Source: Intoshia linei (lineage: Eukaryota > Animalia > Orthonectida). Taken from it: DNA of 38,143 bases. The stretch spans positions 1-38,143 of the forward strand of contig LWCA01000230.1 of the NCBI GenBank assembly GCA_001642005.1, given 5' to 3'. Under the pieces are notes generated by a model that saw only the letters and a list, made by a program, of their open reading frames with translations, did no database searches and was not told the DNA's origin. The first letter of the stretch is position 1; each line of letters starts with the position of its first letter. Below, one piece after another: positions 23,501 through 36,389 of this stretch. Position numbers and translations under genes: made by a program.

Positions 23501-26500
23501 GTTTCAAAAATAAAGAACTTTTCTAGTTTATCAATACATTCTAGATATAATGTCATCTTCTATGTCGATTTCACTACAGGTAGAATAACCAATGCTGTCT
23601 TTATGATTGGTGTCTTCTTCTATAAGCGGTATCAAAGAATCGATGAATTCATCGTCACTATAGTCGTTTTCATCATACGCACGGAATTCATCTGTGACAT
23701 TTCCATTATTTTCCACAAGATTTATCACTATTTGATAAAACGTATGTTCTAGAATTAGAATTTTTAAAAAACAGGCCTGTCTCATCGCAATTATAAATCT
23801 CAATATGACTATATTTCTCTTTACTTCTAAAAAAATCTGAAAAAGTTTCAAATTCACTTATATTAACAACACCTGCCTCACCACTAATAACACGAGAACG
23901 AATATTATGACGTTTTTAAAAACACGAAAACCAACCATTTGAAGCTCTGAAATTGGGTTTTTTTAGCCGTTTTCCGATTTTAAGAGCCATTGTTTGAATC
24001 GTATTTCCTGAATAATAAAATTTTTCTATCTCTTTCGAACAAACCATTCATATATGGTTTTTCAATTTCAGCCGTTGCAAAATTAAAAAAATGGGTTTGT
24101 CCTCAATAAAAATAAATAAATAATAAAAATAAATAATTTTTTTTTTAAGATTTTAAAAAGTTTGTTCGTTAATAAATTTAATTTTTTATAGTAATTGTAT
24201 ACCCATAAATTATTAATATTTTGTTTTTTCGTTAAAAGATAGGTTTATCATGTTGTTCGTTAAATTGAGGTTTGACTGTACTGCTAAATATCGATAAATT
24301 AATAATTCACTATCAGAAAATTGTATTAATAAGATTTTAATTTTTCAAATTATAATTTATAATAACAAATTTATAATTTATTAACTCTTTTTAGAGATTA
24401 TTTGTTAAAATTTTTAAATAAAGTATTTTATGAAATAAAATACAAAAATCGCCCCTATATTATAATTTCGCGCCCGATGGGACAATTCGCTCACAGTTGA
24501 GAATCACTGCTCTAGAGTATATAATCCGATTCAAATAGTGTACATTTCATTTGTTTCATTCATAGAACCATCATTTCAAAATATTTCTTTTTTTGGACCA
24601 AAAGAAACTTGAAATATACAACATTTATGAAAAAATTAAAAGTTTTTTCTCGTAAGATTTGGTAAAAGCGTGTTTTTCAAAAAAAAATTTGAAAAAGGTG
24701 ATTTCCCCCTTAATTTAGGTTGGTAAAATTGGATTTTTTATTTTGGATTAAGAAGTTGTTACTCATAAAATTTGGTCAAGTTGAATTTTTGAAAAAATGT
24801 TGGAAAAATCCTCTTTCTAATAAGTTAGGTTGATAATATAGGATTTTTTATTAATATTGATATTAATAGTGGGATATTTTAATTAATAATGTAGCGGTCG
24901 ACTAGGTTTTAGGATAAATTCACAACATCTGGCTACTTTGTAATAAATATTAAAAATTTTAAAATTAACTAAAGTTGACAAAATGTTTTGTACATTTTAT
25001 TTGAATCTCACGGACATTCAATGAATTCATTGAATTCAATAAAATGATTTTTTTCCAATAATCTTTCTATTAGGAATAGATTTCGTACATATTAAAAATT
25101 AATTCTTTGCGATATTTTTAAACTAATAGGTGACACTGAAAAAGGGTTGGGCGACTAGTGGTTTAATCCATAACTAATATGAACAACTGCTGCATATTAT
25201 AAAATTTCATATATTTAAAAAATACCAACATAGCTAGCTGATCCACAATCATAAGTCACTAAATTATTGTCACAACAATTTAAAAATGTATCATTATTTT
25301 TGTCAAAAATAATAAATCGTGAAACATGTTTAGATTCAAAGCTTTGAATAAGTTTAAATTGAATTTTTTTAGAATCTAAAAGGTATAAATGTAGACTTTC
25401 AGTAGTTTCGACAAATAAATAAAGACATTTTTCATGAGAATGAAACCCAAATTCCATTGTGACCACACTAGAATCAAATTCCTTAAATGGTAGCCTTACA
25501 ATTGAACAATGTTTATTAGATTCTTTCTTTGAAATTGAAGCAACATCAGCAAATTTGATGACATAGATAATTCTTTTAACTCCTGCCACAATAATAAGTA
25601 ATGAAAAATGAGCATCAAATTTAATTTCATGTATAGATTCGAAAGAATCTACCGCAAATAAATTTTTGTTTTGGGTGCAATACAAAAATAAATTGTTATC
25701 TCCTCCGATAGCCATATAATTTTGAGGTAATAATGTACAGCAAGTTAAACAAGTATTTTCAAAACTTTTTACAATACAATCACTAGATATTTTTTGATTT
25801 AATAATACGGTGCATAGTGGAGACATTAATTGAAACGATTGTTCAAGTGATTGAAAATTCAATACAATAGTCGGATATTCACCAGTCAAAGGAAGTATAG
25901 TGAATTGATCAATGCATTTAATGACGACGTAAATTTTTTTATCATAATCTTTCCCGACACATGTATAATAATAAATAATTTTAGCGACATGGGTTAAATC
26001 AAATGTTTTTAGACATTTTTGAGTCAATTGACCTTTTCGTAGTTCATAAAGCATCATTTCATAAAATGACAAATTTACCATACATTCAATAAATGATTCA
26101 TTTCTTTTGATTCGACATGAAATTTGTCGTGAAAAATTTTTACATTGATCAACTTTTATCGATTTATCAAAATTAACCATAAAATCGGAATTAACAATTT
26201 CACCATTGCATTTCGTACGTAGTTGATCCACACAATCGACATGAATTACGATACCACATTCTAAACATTTCGCCGCATTATTTACAAAATAAACTGGTTT
26301 CATGCAATTCATACACGTCTGTGTTTTGCAATTTAACCCTCGTTCAATCACATGATCATTGTGACAGTCGGGTTTTTCGAATACTTCACAATTTTCAATT
26401 TGTTTGTTTACGCTTTGAGAATTTTCGCTAACTGTAAAAACATGGAATTAAAATATATAAAATAAAAAATAAATATACGGTATTTATCTTTTATTGATAA

Positions 26501-29500
26501 TTTCTTTTTTAATTTTTCAATTTCCAGGTTCTTTTTTTGCAATTTCAATTCCAGCGATCTGACGGTATCCATTTTTTTTAAAACAATTTTTTTCGAAAAA
26601 AACTAAATTTAAAAAATAAAATTTACAAAAATAAATATATTTATATTACGGCCAAAATATTTCTTTTAGGTTTAGAATCAATTTTTTCATGAAGAAAATC
26701 AATCAACTTTATATGTTGTTGACCAACAGTTTTTAATTTTATTTGTTCTTCCTCGTTGGCCAACTAAATATAAAAAATTAAAAGTCTTCAAAAATGCATG
26801 TTTTACTTTTACAAGTTCCAATTTATTTTTGACGTTTAGTATGTCTTTTTTTAAAAGTGTACTTTCTTCTTTAAAGTTTTGCAAGTTTAATTTTAAATTT
26901 ACATTATCTTTTTTTAAAGTATGATTATTTAGAATAACATTGTTGAGTTGAATTTTATAATTAGTGTTATCGTCATTCAAATTTTGAATTTTTTTAACAT
27001 TTTCATAAATTAATTTTTTTGAATTTTCCAAATTTAATTGTAACAGTTCATTTTCTTTTGATAAAATTTCTTGTTTATTGTTTAAAAATTTTGAATAATT
27101 TGTTAATTTTTCCAATCTTTTTTTACTACAGTTCAATTCATCTTCAACTTTTTGAAAATTGTTTAATTTTTTTTCAAATAATTTTCTAAATTATAATTAT
27201 AATGATTGTAAAAATATTACATTTTAGTCATTTTTATCATACAATAATCAATTGTGACAAGAAATCAAATCAATTATACAAATAAAACTCAAGTTTTCTA
27301 ATAGTTTTTTTACCAGTTTGTGAAAAGATTTATTTAAATTTTAATTAAGAATACTTAGTAATTAAAATCTAATTGTTAAAAAATTTTTGAAAAGTAGTAA
27401 AAATATATTTTTCCTCAATTTTTTAAATTTGAGGGAATAATGGGAAATCGGATAATAATTAATCTAAAACATGTGTCTTTTATAAAGGAAATAATGAATA
27501 TAATTACATTTTTGATTTTTGCGCAGAAATTACTTTTGTTTGATCTTTAATCGTACATTCATCTTTTCCGGATTCAATTTTTAAATACTTTCTAAGTTTT
27601 AATCAAAAGTTTCAGAATACATCTTTTCATATTTCCATCATAAAAATTTTAAATAACGTAAATATAAATCAGTGTTTCCCAACCTTTCTTATGCTAGGCC
27701 CCACTGAAAAAAAATTCGAGAGAATTATAATAAAATAATAATAAAAACAATAATAATGTATTTATTTTTTAGAATTAATGAGACAATTGAGCCTGACGAT
27801 TCTGACAGAGTTTATTAATATTAGGTACTAATGTTGTAAGCTTTAATCGTAGATTATTTTTTTTGTCAGTAAGTCTAAAACTGCACTAAACCCGTATTCT
27901 GCTAAATAAGAGGATGGAAATGGCAACAAAGCAATCCTAGCAAAAGTAATTAAAGTCGGATAATTTTGTAAATTTGCAAATTTGGCATTTTGCATATACT
28001 CGTCAATTTAGTTAAATTTGAATTCAATAGCCCACGATCATTAAAGATATATTTGTTTTTTGTCATTCTAATAATTTAATAATACAATTAATTGGTTCAA
28101 GTATCACATAACCATTTATAAACCGTAAAATATTGTATAAAATTAACAATAAATTAATCTAAAGTTTCATAATCCTATACATTTATAATATTTCCCAGGA
28201 CCCACCAAAAAGTCGTAGGCCCCACCAAATTTCCAATGCCCCACTAGTGGGGCCTGGCCCCACGGTTGGGAAACATTGATATACATATAATATAAGTTAA
28301 TGTTATAAGAATTGTACGATCTATATGAAAATTTGAGTCCCGCTCCACAGAATTTTCAGTCCTTCTAAAATGTATACCCCCAGGTTCACATTTAAAGTCA
28401 GAAAAGGAAATAATTGAAGAAGAATACTCATTAATTTTATAATTTAAATACTCTTTTTCCTCAAATTTTTTAATTTTAGCAGAAAATTCCAACATTTTCG
28501 ATTCATACTCGGATAATTGATATTCTTGTTCATTAATCATTGTCAATTGTCTTTTGATTTTCTAAATAATGATAAAATTGATATTTAATTACTACAGCTT
28601 TAGCTTGGCTGTTTTGTACTATGTACAAACAGCACCTAGCTCTGAAGAGGGCGGATATTTTTAATTTAATCAAAAAAATTAAATCATCCATAAAAATGCA
28701 ACTATTCAATATTAACAATGCTTTAAAGGAGTGGGACCCAAACGTGTGTTATTACATCATTTTTATTTTTAAATTATTATCATTTTAGAATCATTAAATA
28801 TATCAAATGTTTTAATAAAATAATTTCCATAAAAAAAGTGTAAATAGTAAATTTCTTTTTTGAACATAAAGAATTAACTTAACATTAAAATATATTATGT
28901 ATACTTTTTAATTAATTTTAACCAAGTAAAAAGTGACACTCAATAGCGTCATTGTATCAGGTTTACATTTTAAAAAAATTTTTAGTACCACCAAATAGAC
29001 CACCCTTCATTATGACAGGATGATAAAAAAAATTAACACTTTCGTTTAATTAACATAATTGTAATTATAAATATATACATTTATATATATTATACCGTCA
29101 TCATTTTTTCGCGATCCAAATTCTTTTCCTCAGAATCTTGTAATTTTTTGTTTACAATGTTAATTTCGTCTTTATATTTATTTTTGAGAGATTCTATTTC
29201 AATTGTATATTCATTTTGAATAGATTCTAATCGCATCGATTCACTATTTTGTATTTTTTTATTTAACAATTTTTTCTAATAATAATAAATAAATTAACAA
29301 TAGACACTATACCTCATCCAAATCGCACCTCAATTCAAGTACAATCAATCGTTGTTGATCAGCCTCCTTTTTATAACTTCGAACTTCCTTTTTTAAGGAT
29401 TCAACATTATTATTATCAATAGTTTCAGTTAGAGTTAATATTTTCTTCTTTTGTAAAGCAATTTTTAAAATTTTTTCGTTCAATACACATTTTATTTGAT

Positions 29501-32500
29501 CGACTTCATTATTTTTACTATCTGCATAATATGAAATTTCACTTTTGAGATTAGAATTATCGGTTTTAATTTCGTCCATTTCGGTCAATAGCTTCTCAAT
29601 TTTTGTTTCAAATGCATTATTAATAGATTCGCTATGAAAAAATTAAGATACATAATTATAGTTTGTATATATCAGTGTTTCCCAACCTTTTTTACTACAT
29701 TACCCATATTATAGTACTTATTTGGATATTACCCACTATATTGTTTAACTACTTTTTGGATAATCAGGTTTTTAGAATAAGCCATATAAATTTTTTAAAA
29801 AACTAATTTTACAAAATAGTAAAATAAAGGGGAAATTGTGTTTTTGACCCAGAAGGACTCAATGGGAAAAATTATATTTCATACGTTACTGTGCATGCGG
29901 CGCAAAAAAATAACAAAATTCCTATTTTTTTAGAACAAATTTCGCGATTACCCATGAAAAATATCAAATTACACACTGGTGGGTAAATACCCACAGGATG
30001 GGAATCATTGTTCTAGATGGTTAATAAAAATATAATATTAAAGTTAGATTTACTTGGAGGACTGATCATAGGGAAACCCTGATATAAGCTACATATAATA
30101 ATCATATTTGTGAGTATAATTATAATTCAAGTACAGTATTCACTACACAACTCGCCATTAATTTAAAATATAAACTAAAAGTTTTAAAACCATTTTTCAA
30201 AATAAGTTAAGTTATTTTGTATTACAATTTACATTTTATTGCAATGTAACCCTTAATTAAAGGTTTTATCTGCTGTTTCTATAGTTTCAAATTCTCAATC
30301 TCGCCAAATTTTTCTAAATCCCAAGAATGGCGAGTTATAGAGAGAATACTGTATATAAAAATGTAATAAAGTAATGTTTTTCAAAATGTTACTTTATAGC
30401 AAACATAATACATGATAAGTACTCCGGTCGCGGGTTTCGAATATTTTAATAAAAATTAAGGAAGGTCAATAGACCAGATTCATATCGATATTAAGATAGA
30501 TATTTAAAAAATTCAAAGTTCAGTTTTAAGATTTACAGCATAACCCCTTATAACTAAAATCATAGAATTAATAAACAAAAGTTTTTACATTTCACAACCC
30601 TTTCATTTTTGCAGACCTGTGAAAGTGAAACGATATTTTGTTAAAAAGGTAAATGTTATAAATTATATATGAAAATGTAACCCTCTAACTTTAAATGGTA
30701 TTCGAATTGCTTCCTTGCAAGCGATTTTTCCAAAAATTTTTCATAACATTTACATTTTAACATTTTGTACATATTAATCAGGAATAGTAGAAACCGGACC
30801 GGCGGTTGAGAAATGGTGATCTATCTCAATCTTTAGAGCACTGATTCTTAATCGGTGCACCGCGGCGCACTTGTGCGCCATGAGTAGAGTTGATGTGTAC
30901 CGCAAAGAAATTTGACGTTATTTTATAAATTTTTAAAAATTAGTGTCAAACTTTTACATTGACAATTCTTTAATGAATATTTAGGGTTTGACTAATTAAT
31001 ATAATTTATATATATTAAATACTATGGTGAGTACCAAAAATATCAATATTTCATCATACATAAAATCTTCTTGACTAAATTTAACTGATCAAATAAAAAG
31101 TATTTGGGTATTATTATTATAACTTTATCGTTTTTAATCTTTATACATTTATTTATACATTTTAGAATGTCGATGTTTTCTTCTCATCAAAATTTAAGGT
31201 GTGCTCAAATTTTTATTTATTTCACAGGTACTCTTGAAGTAAAAGACGTTAAAAAATATTGATATAGATGGAGCGGAGAGCATTTGATTTAATATGTAAA
31301 CTTTAACTTATGCTACTATAATAACTGTGGCATTACTAATTCATTAGTAGCACCAAATAACAATAATGTATAATGCTCAGTAGAATTTATACTATAATGT
31401 TTATAATCGTGAATTGTTATAATTATAATTAAATTACAGCTTGTTTATAAATAATGAATTATTATTTTCTGTCACAGATTGTATATCAACATCTCGGTCC
31501 TTCAATTCCTGATCAAATTGTTCGAGTTTTGTCAATTGCTTCTTTAATACTCGGTTTAAATACTAAATATCAAAATTAAAATGTTTGTGAATATTACAAT
31601 TAACTATTAATAAAAGTATAAATTTTACAACAGTCATGTAAAACATACAAAGCGTCATGAAGTTTGATTTCACATGACTCATTTACAAGTTAATACGTGT
31701 CTTAGAGCAGAGTTTCTTAACCGTGGACCCAAAAATATTTTTCGACAGTGTTATTTGATTCAAATTTTTATTTTTTTAATACACATGCATTAAAGTAAAT
31801 TTCCTTAAAAATGTCCATGTCAAATATCAATCCTAGATGTGAACTACTCTTCCAAAAAAATATCTCAAAATTTAGACTCTAAATGTAAAGTCAAGATAAT
31901 TTTTGTATTTCGGTTCGAATTATATATTAATTATACATAATTATAACAGGGTGGTCCAAAAGACATGGCGAGTGAAAGCCGAAAAATATATTTTACACAG
32001 TTATTTTTCATCAGTAAGTAATGATGGGCAATGTAATAATTATATTTCTGTAAATAAATTTTTTCAAACGGTACGCTCTGGCGCATTTGTGCGTCCCAGT
32101 AAATTTTATGTGTGCCAAGCTAATAATTGAAAATGAGCTATACACCCTTTTACAAAGGGTCACTTAACCCAGATTTTTTTTCTTAAATTATTAAAAAACT
32201 CCAATTTGGGTAAAAATCAAAATCAGAAAATCTAGTTCGAAATTCCACGTCATATTCAATCACATATTTATTTTTTATTATTTACTTGTTTTACAAAATA
32301 TGTTACTAATAAATTTCGCGGGGCATACAATTTGATCTTGCGGACCACGCTTTGAGCCACCATGTATAATATTATAAATAAACCTCGTTATCCACAATGT
32401 ATACATTAATTTTTTGATTCAGAGACTCATTTTCTGTTACAAGTTTATTTAATTGATTTTTATACAAATTTAACTCAAATTCCAATTTTTGAATTAAAAT

Positions 32501-35500
32501 CCCTCTCTCATTATTTTTTTCATCTTCAATATTTGTATCAGATATTTGAAGTTTTTCACAATTCAAATTTCTAAAGTAAACATTCAGTTTTTGTATAATT
32601 ATTGTTAAATTATTTATTTAATTAACTTGGGATAATTCTCAAACAGAATATGACATACAAGGGTAGTCGTCAGGGATTGGAAATAATTGAAATTAATTAT
32701 GTTTTTAAAGTAATTGCAAAAATAAAAATAGAAAAATTTTTTCACGACGAAACATTGCATCAACTAATATATTTAAATTTTTTTTATGTGAAGCTAAAAT
32801 TTAATTTGTTCATTATTAATATTTCAACACTCATTGATTTTGTGGAATAATAGTAGTCAGACCTCTCATTGAGAGTTTGTCAATACCGCTATTTTAGTGT
32901 TTCGATATTTATGGCGGTATTGAGGGTTTAGCGTTGTTGAGAGTATATCGTTGTAGCGAATATATCATGGATACTGTTATTATGTATTAATAATCATTCA
33001 CATAGTAAAATAATAATAAAATGAAAGTTCATTCATCCCACAAATGCGTTTTTTAATTTAAGTTTGTAAATTTAATTAGGGTTTGATAAAATATAATTAA
33101 AATTAGATTAATTTTTTTAAAATAACAGTTGAGATTAAAATATTTATAATTTTAAATTAAGGATTAAACTCATTTTAATCAAATTTTTTTTTAAAATATT
33201 TGAAAATTTTGGCGGTACCTACAATCCATGTACAATGTAAATTATATAAGGTCAAGCCATCAGTTGACATTTGCGCTTTGTTGATATTGAAAAAAACAAA
33301 AAATCTTTATCATTATCAATATTTTGATTGGCTTCTCTTTATTTATCTTTAAATTTCAAAACTGACTTTAAGTAAGTTTAACTTTTTATCAGTAAATTTT
33401 TTTATCCAATTCAAAGATTTTAAAGATAATTTTTCCACAACAATTTTGTAGGTTTTAAATTATTTCAGTCAATTTTTAATAATGTCACTCTATAAATACT
33501 TCATTCAGCTGATTCGCCCATTTGAAACCGATAAAAATTATTTTTAAAATATTTAAAAATAATATTCCCTTAAAAACCATGTTGAGAGCATTAAAAAAGA
33601 AATTAATTTAAAACCACAATGAGTCAATCAAAAAATTTGTTATTTTCAGTGAGAACGTACTAATTAATAATTAATTTAAAAATGAAATTACCTTTCGAGA
33701 CATTTTCTGAAAAACCGGTTAAAAGAAAATCCAATTAAATTAAAATTAACAAAATTCAAAACATCTTTATTCAATTCTCTCCAGGAACTATAAATATTAT
33801 CAACATGAGAATTTTCTTGCAAATTTTCTTTGATATCTTGAATATTAAAACAATTCTTTATATTTTGATTTAAAAAAAAATCGTGTAGTAGAATTTTATG
33901 AAAATTTAAAATATTTGCATCATTGGTAAACAATAACTGATGAATCAAACTTTTGTAATCAGTATCATCAAATTCAATGCGATGATTAATATCTTTAACA
34001 CTTAAAATGCGACGTGTTGGTTTTCCGTACATTATCCTATATAAACATACGCCATAAGCATAAAAATCTGACTCAACTGTTGGTAAGTTTGGTTTCCCGT
34101 TGTTGTAATAATTTAATGACATGTAAAAAATATTTTCAATCATCTAATATGCTAAAATTAAAAAAAGGCTATAATTAAAAATTACCAAATGTTCTCTGTC
34201 TAAACGATTTTCATTCTTACAAATAGAATGTTCAAAATTACAAATTTTAAAATGACCAGTGGAAGAAATTAAAAAATTTTCAGGTATTATGTTTCTAAAA
34301 ATTAAAATATACATAATATTAATACTAATACTAGAATATCGTAATCCATTGAATAGTGTATAATTTATAATTATAATAAATATCCATAATAATGGCAGGC
34401 GTATATAAGACTTACATTACAAGTGGTCTCATATTTCATATATTAATTAAGAATCATCAAATTCAACATTACTTTTCAAAATACTGAAAAATTCTTTTTG
34501 ACGTTGCAATTATAGGGACACGATAAATCAGTGATTATCAAACTTTTTTAGAGCTCTTTTTTTCTCTTTTTTAATTGGCTTGTATTTATAGCGTCGTTAT
34601 TTTAATCCGTAAAGTGTCAGTATTTTAAATAGTTTGTCAGTTTATATAATAAATTGTCAGTATTTTAAGTGCCAGTTGACAAGATGTCAGTATAAATAAT
34701 TTATTGTCAGTCTTTAAATTAGAAGGGCAGTGAAAAAAATTATTTTGTCAGTACTTTAAATATACTGTCAGTATATCCTTGACTACACAGTATATACTGA
34801 CAAATATGTAATTAAATATTAACAAATGATTAATTAAGATGGAATAATTCAGTTTAAAGTAAAAATTAATCTGATATGATGGTTTCACTTGAAGCAAATT
34901 TGGGAACCACTACTTTAAAGGATTGATAATAGCGAAAAGTTCTATTTTTAAATTAGATTTTCAACGTGAATTTATTTTTTTGGTAGAATAAAAATGTGCC
35001 CTCGTGAGAGCTAGGTGCTGTTTTTACGTAGTACATAACAGTCAACCTAGCACTTTTATAAATGTAAGGATTATAAATTGTATAATATAATATAATACCC
35101 ATGTATAAACCCCAATTGGTGAAGTCCATCTATACATTTACCCATAGAATCAACATAAAATAAAAGATTTTCAAATTTGATTATTGGATTTCTTAATGAA
35201 TTAATTATACATTTCAATTAACATTATAAAAATATTTTAAATACTTAATTATAAAATTTTCTAAATTTCCTCCAATACAATATTCCATAATTAAATGAGC
35301 TTGCTTTTGATAAAAGAAAGAATAATACAATATTGGTAAAAAAAAATGATTTTCTGTTTTAGCCAAAATTTTTATTTCATTATAGCATTTATTGCTCTAA
35401 AAATAAAAAATTAGAAAAAATATATTGACAGGTACAGTACATAGTACATAGCATATACGCGTCACATAATTAGCATAAAATATATTTTTTTAATGTTGGA

Positions 35501-36389
35501 TCAGTTAAGTGTATATAATTTTTGATATTGAAGATGAATCTACTAAATTATTTTTCCGTAGTTTTGAAATAAAAAATATAATAAATTAAAAACTGAAAAA
35601 TTTTTAAAAAAAATGATGAAAAAATTCATTTACTGTGGATATAATCATCTAAAGGATTTAGAGAACTGACAATATAAATAAAAATATATAATTACAAAAA
35701 CGCCGTCGTTTAAAACATTGTCACGAGATGTGTGTAAAACTTGAGATATATTCAAATGATCACATATTATAGTTTTCATAACATAGATTGTATCACTTGG
35801 GTCTTTAACAAGATCAATTTGTGTCGTTTTCTTTTTACAAATTGTATTTACTTTTACAAAATCTGACAAAGAAATTGAAAATTTACTGAAAGATTCATAA
35901 ATATCGATATCTAATAGGTTATAATATACAAATATAAATTATAGGTTTATAACTAAATTATCAAAATATGAAAAAAGGTATTTTTACTAAACCATATATT
36001 TACTAATTTGTAAACTAAATAACGCATTTTCATAAAAATAATAATTCAGAAAAAAATCTAAAATTATTATCAGTTTAATTTAAACTTTAAAAGAGTTTTC
36101 ATTTACGAAATTGTTAAAATTGATTATTATCAAAGTTTAGTAAGAAAAAAAAATTATTTACAACTTTATATTATTATGAAAATTTAAAATTACAATTTTC
36201 TAAAAATTCTTTTCCATAAAAACCATCCGATTTTAAAAAATTAAAAATATTTGTAAATAAATCGATGAGAGATTCTTTGGATATGAGAAAATTTTTTCTG
36301 CTATTATATTCATTTACTTCACATTTTTTTAAAAGTAAATATGAATTGTAGGATTTCTCGTCTAGTGGTGCAAGTTTATAATTATCCAT
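20530..36389 (-). CDS. CIT: Citron Rho-interacting kinase homolog (degenerate AGC kinase domain - coiled coil/Rho-binding region - C1 - PH-like - CNH), 20 exons, ~1461 aa
   Basis: Exons with consistent phases: 36194-36389, 35741-35910, 35245-35396, 35099-35191, 34186-34294, 33692-34143, 32384-32570, 31438-31562, 29313-29631, 29096-29275, 28452-28561, 27508-27591, 26813-27185, 26650-26763, 26479-26602, 25226-26431, 22604-22687, 22491-22565, 20722-20812, 20530-20671. Kinase subdomains: IYVMK, NEIKIL, LIMEYCIGGNL, LHQLGFIHGNIIPENFLISSTGHFKICNFE, SDFYAYGVCLYRIMYG; AGC tail LIGFSF. Citron-type motif VGQQHIKLIDFLHEKID (human CIT, from memory: ISQQTKLIDFLQAKMD). C1 domain H...CMNC...CLEC..IH.DC...C. 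CNH-like end GIYVSYY...IIELCGN. The last four exons are less certain. Confidence 0.9.
22741..23037. repeat. ~74-bp tandem repeat followed by an inverted copy (foldback-like)
   Basis: TTTAAGGGAA at 22741, ~22815 and ~22888. Reverse-complement arm TTCCCTTAAAAACCCTAC...TTTTGGACCCAAAATTATC at ~22934-23037. Confidence 0.7.
23113..24509. mobile_element. hAT MITE hosting the pogo element
   Basis: TIRs CAAGGGTTCTCAAC...GTTGAGAATCACTG. Perfect palindromic TSD CTCTAGAG (23105-23112 and 24510-24517). Confidence 0.9.
23325..24278 (-). mobile_element. pogo/Tigger-family deleted transposon (CENP-B-type HTH + start of DDE domain), nested in a hAT MITE
   Basis: TA-flanked TIRs CAGTCA(AACCTC)AATTTAAC. Minus-strand translation FRASNGWFSCF*KRHNIRSRVISGEAG...IYNCDETGLFFK is the pogo signature. 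An internal deletion joins this to an acidic tail (ORF 23531-23857). Confidence 0.9.
24525..25015 (-). mobile_element. Family A element, end-degraded reverse copy
   Basis: Colinear with 7515-8217 (GATTCAAATAG...GTAGCGGTCGACTAGG...TTGAATCTCACGGAC). Confidence 0.75.
27670..28278 (-). mobile_element. Deleted hAT (Buster-type) element with frameshifted transposase C-terminus
   Basis: TIRs CAGTGTTTCCCAACC...GGTTGGGAAACATTG. TSD ATATAAAT/ATATACAT. Minus-strand ~27775-27965 reads YPTLITFARIALLPFPSSYLAEYGFSAVLDLLTKK, then after a frameshift LRLKLTTLVPNINKLCQNRQAQLSH*. Confidence 0.9.
29673..30010. mobile_element. hAT MITE
   Basis: CAGTGTTTCCCAACC...GGATGGGAATCATTG ends. Subterminal ATTACCCA repeats. 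TSD degenerate. Confidence 0.7.
30134..30351 (+). mobile_element. Tigger/pogo-like MITE (family B)
   Basis: TA-flanked TIR CAGTATTC...GAGAGAATACTG. Second copy of 7582-7824. Confidence 0.85.
30839..31261 (+). mobile_element. hAT MITE (family C), degraded
   Basis: The GCGGCGCACTTGTGCGCCATGAGTAG left part and TGAAGTAAAAGACGTTAA right part match 3123-3388. Confidence 0.6.
34577..34830. mobile_element. Second copy of the TGTCAGT MITE-like element (right end truncated)
   Basis: Same GGCTTGTATTTATAG start and GTGTCAGTATTTTAAATAGTTTGTCAG segment as 2129-2460. Confidence 0.7.
34872..35062 (+). repeat. Dispersed ~190-bp repeat with terminal hairpins (copy 2)
   Basis: Colinear with 11047-11236. Confidence 0.85.

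Noticed and set aside
23531-23857. ORF as the final exon of the kinase gene
   Set aside because: It lies within pogo TIRs next to transposase motifs (ASNGW, NCDETGLF). CNH-like exons continue at 22687-20530.
25215-26351. Stand-alone C1-PH-CNH gene, or an MRCK/ROCK assignment
   Set aside because: It splices in frame to upstream coiled-coil and kinase exons. The QQxKLIDFL motif, PEN loop and lack of a CRIB motif favour Citron, and ROCK lacks CNH.
28722-28760. TTAA-AGG start resembling a Kolobok/piggyBac end
   Set aside because: No matching opposite terminus was found.
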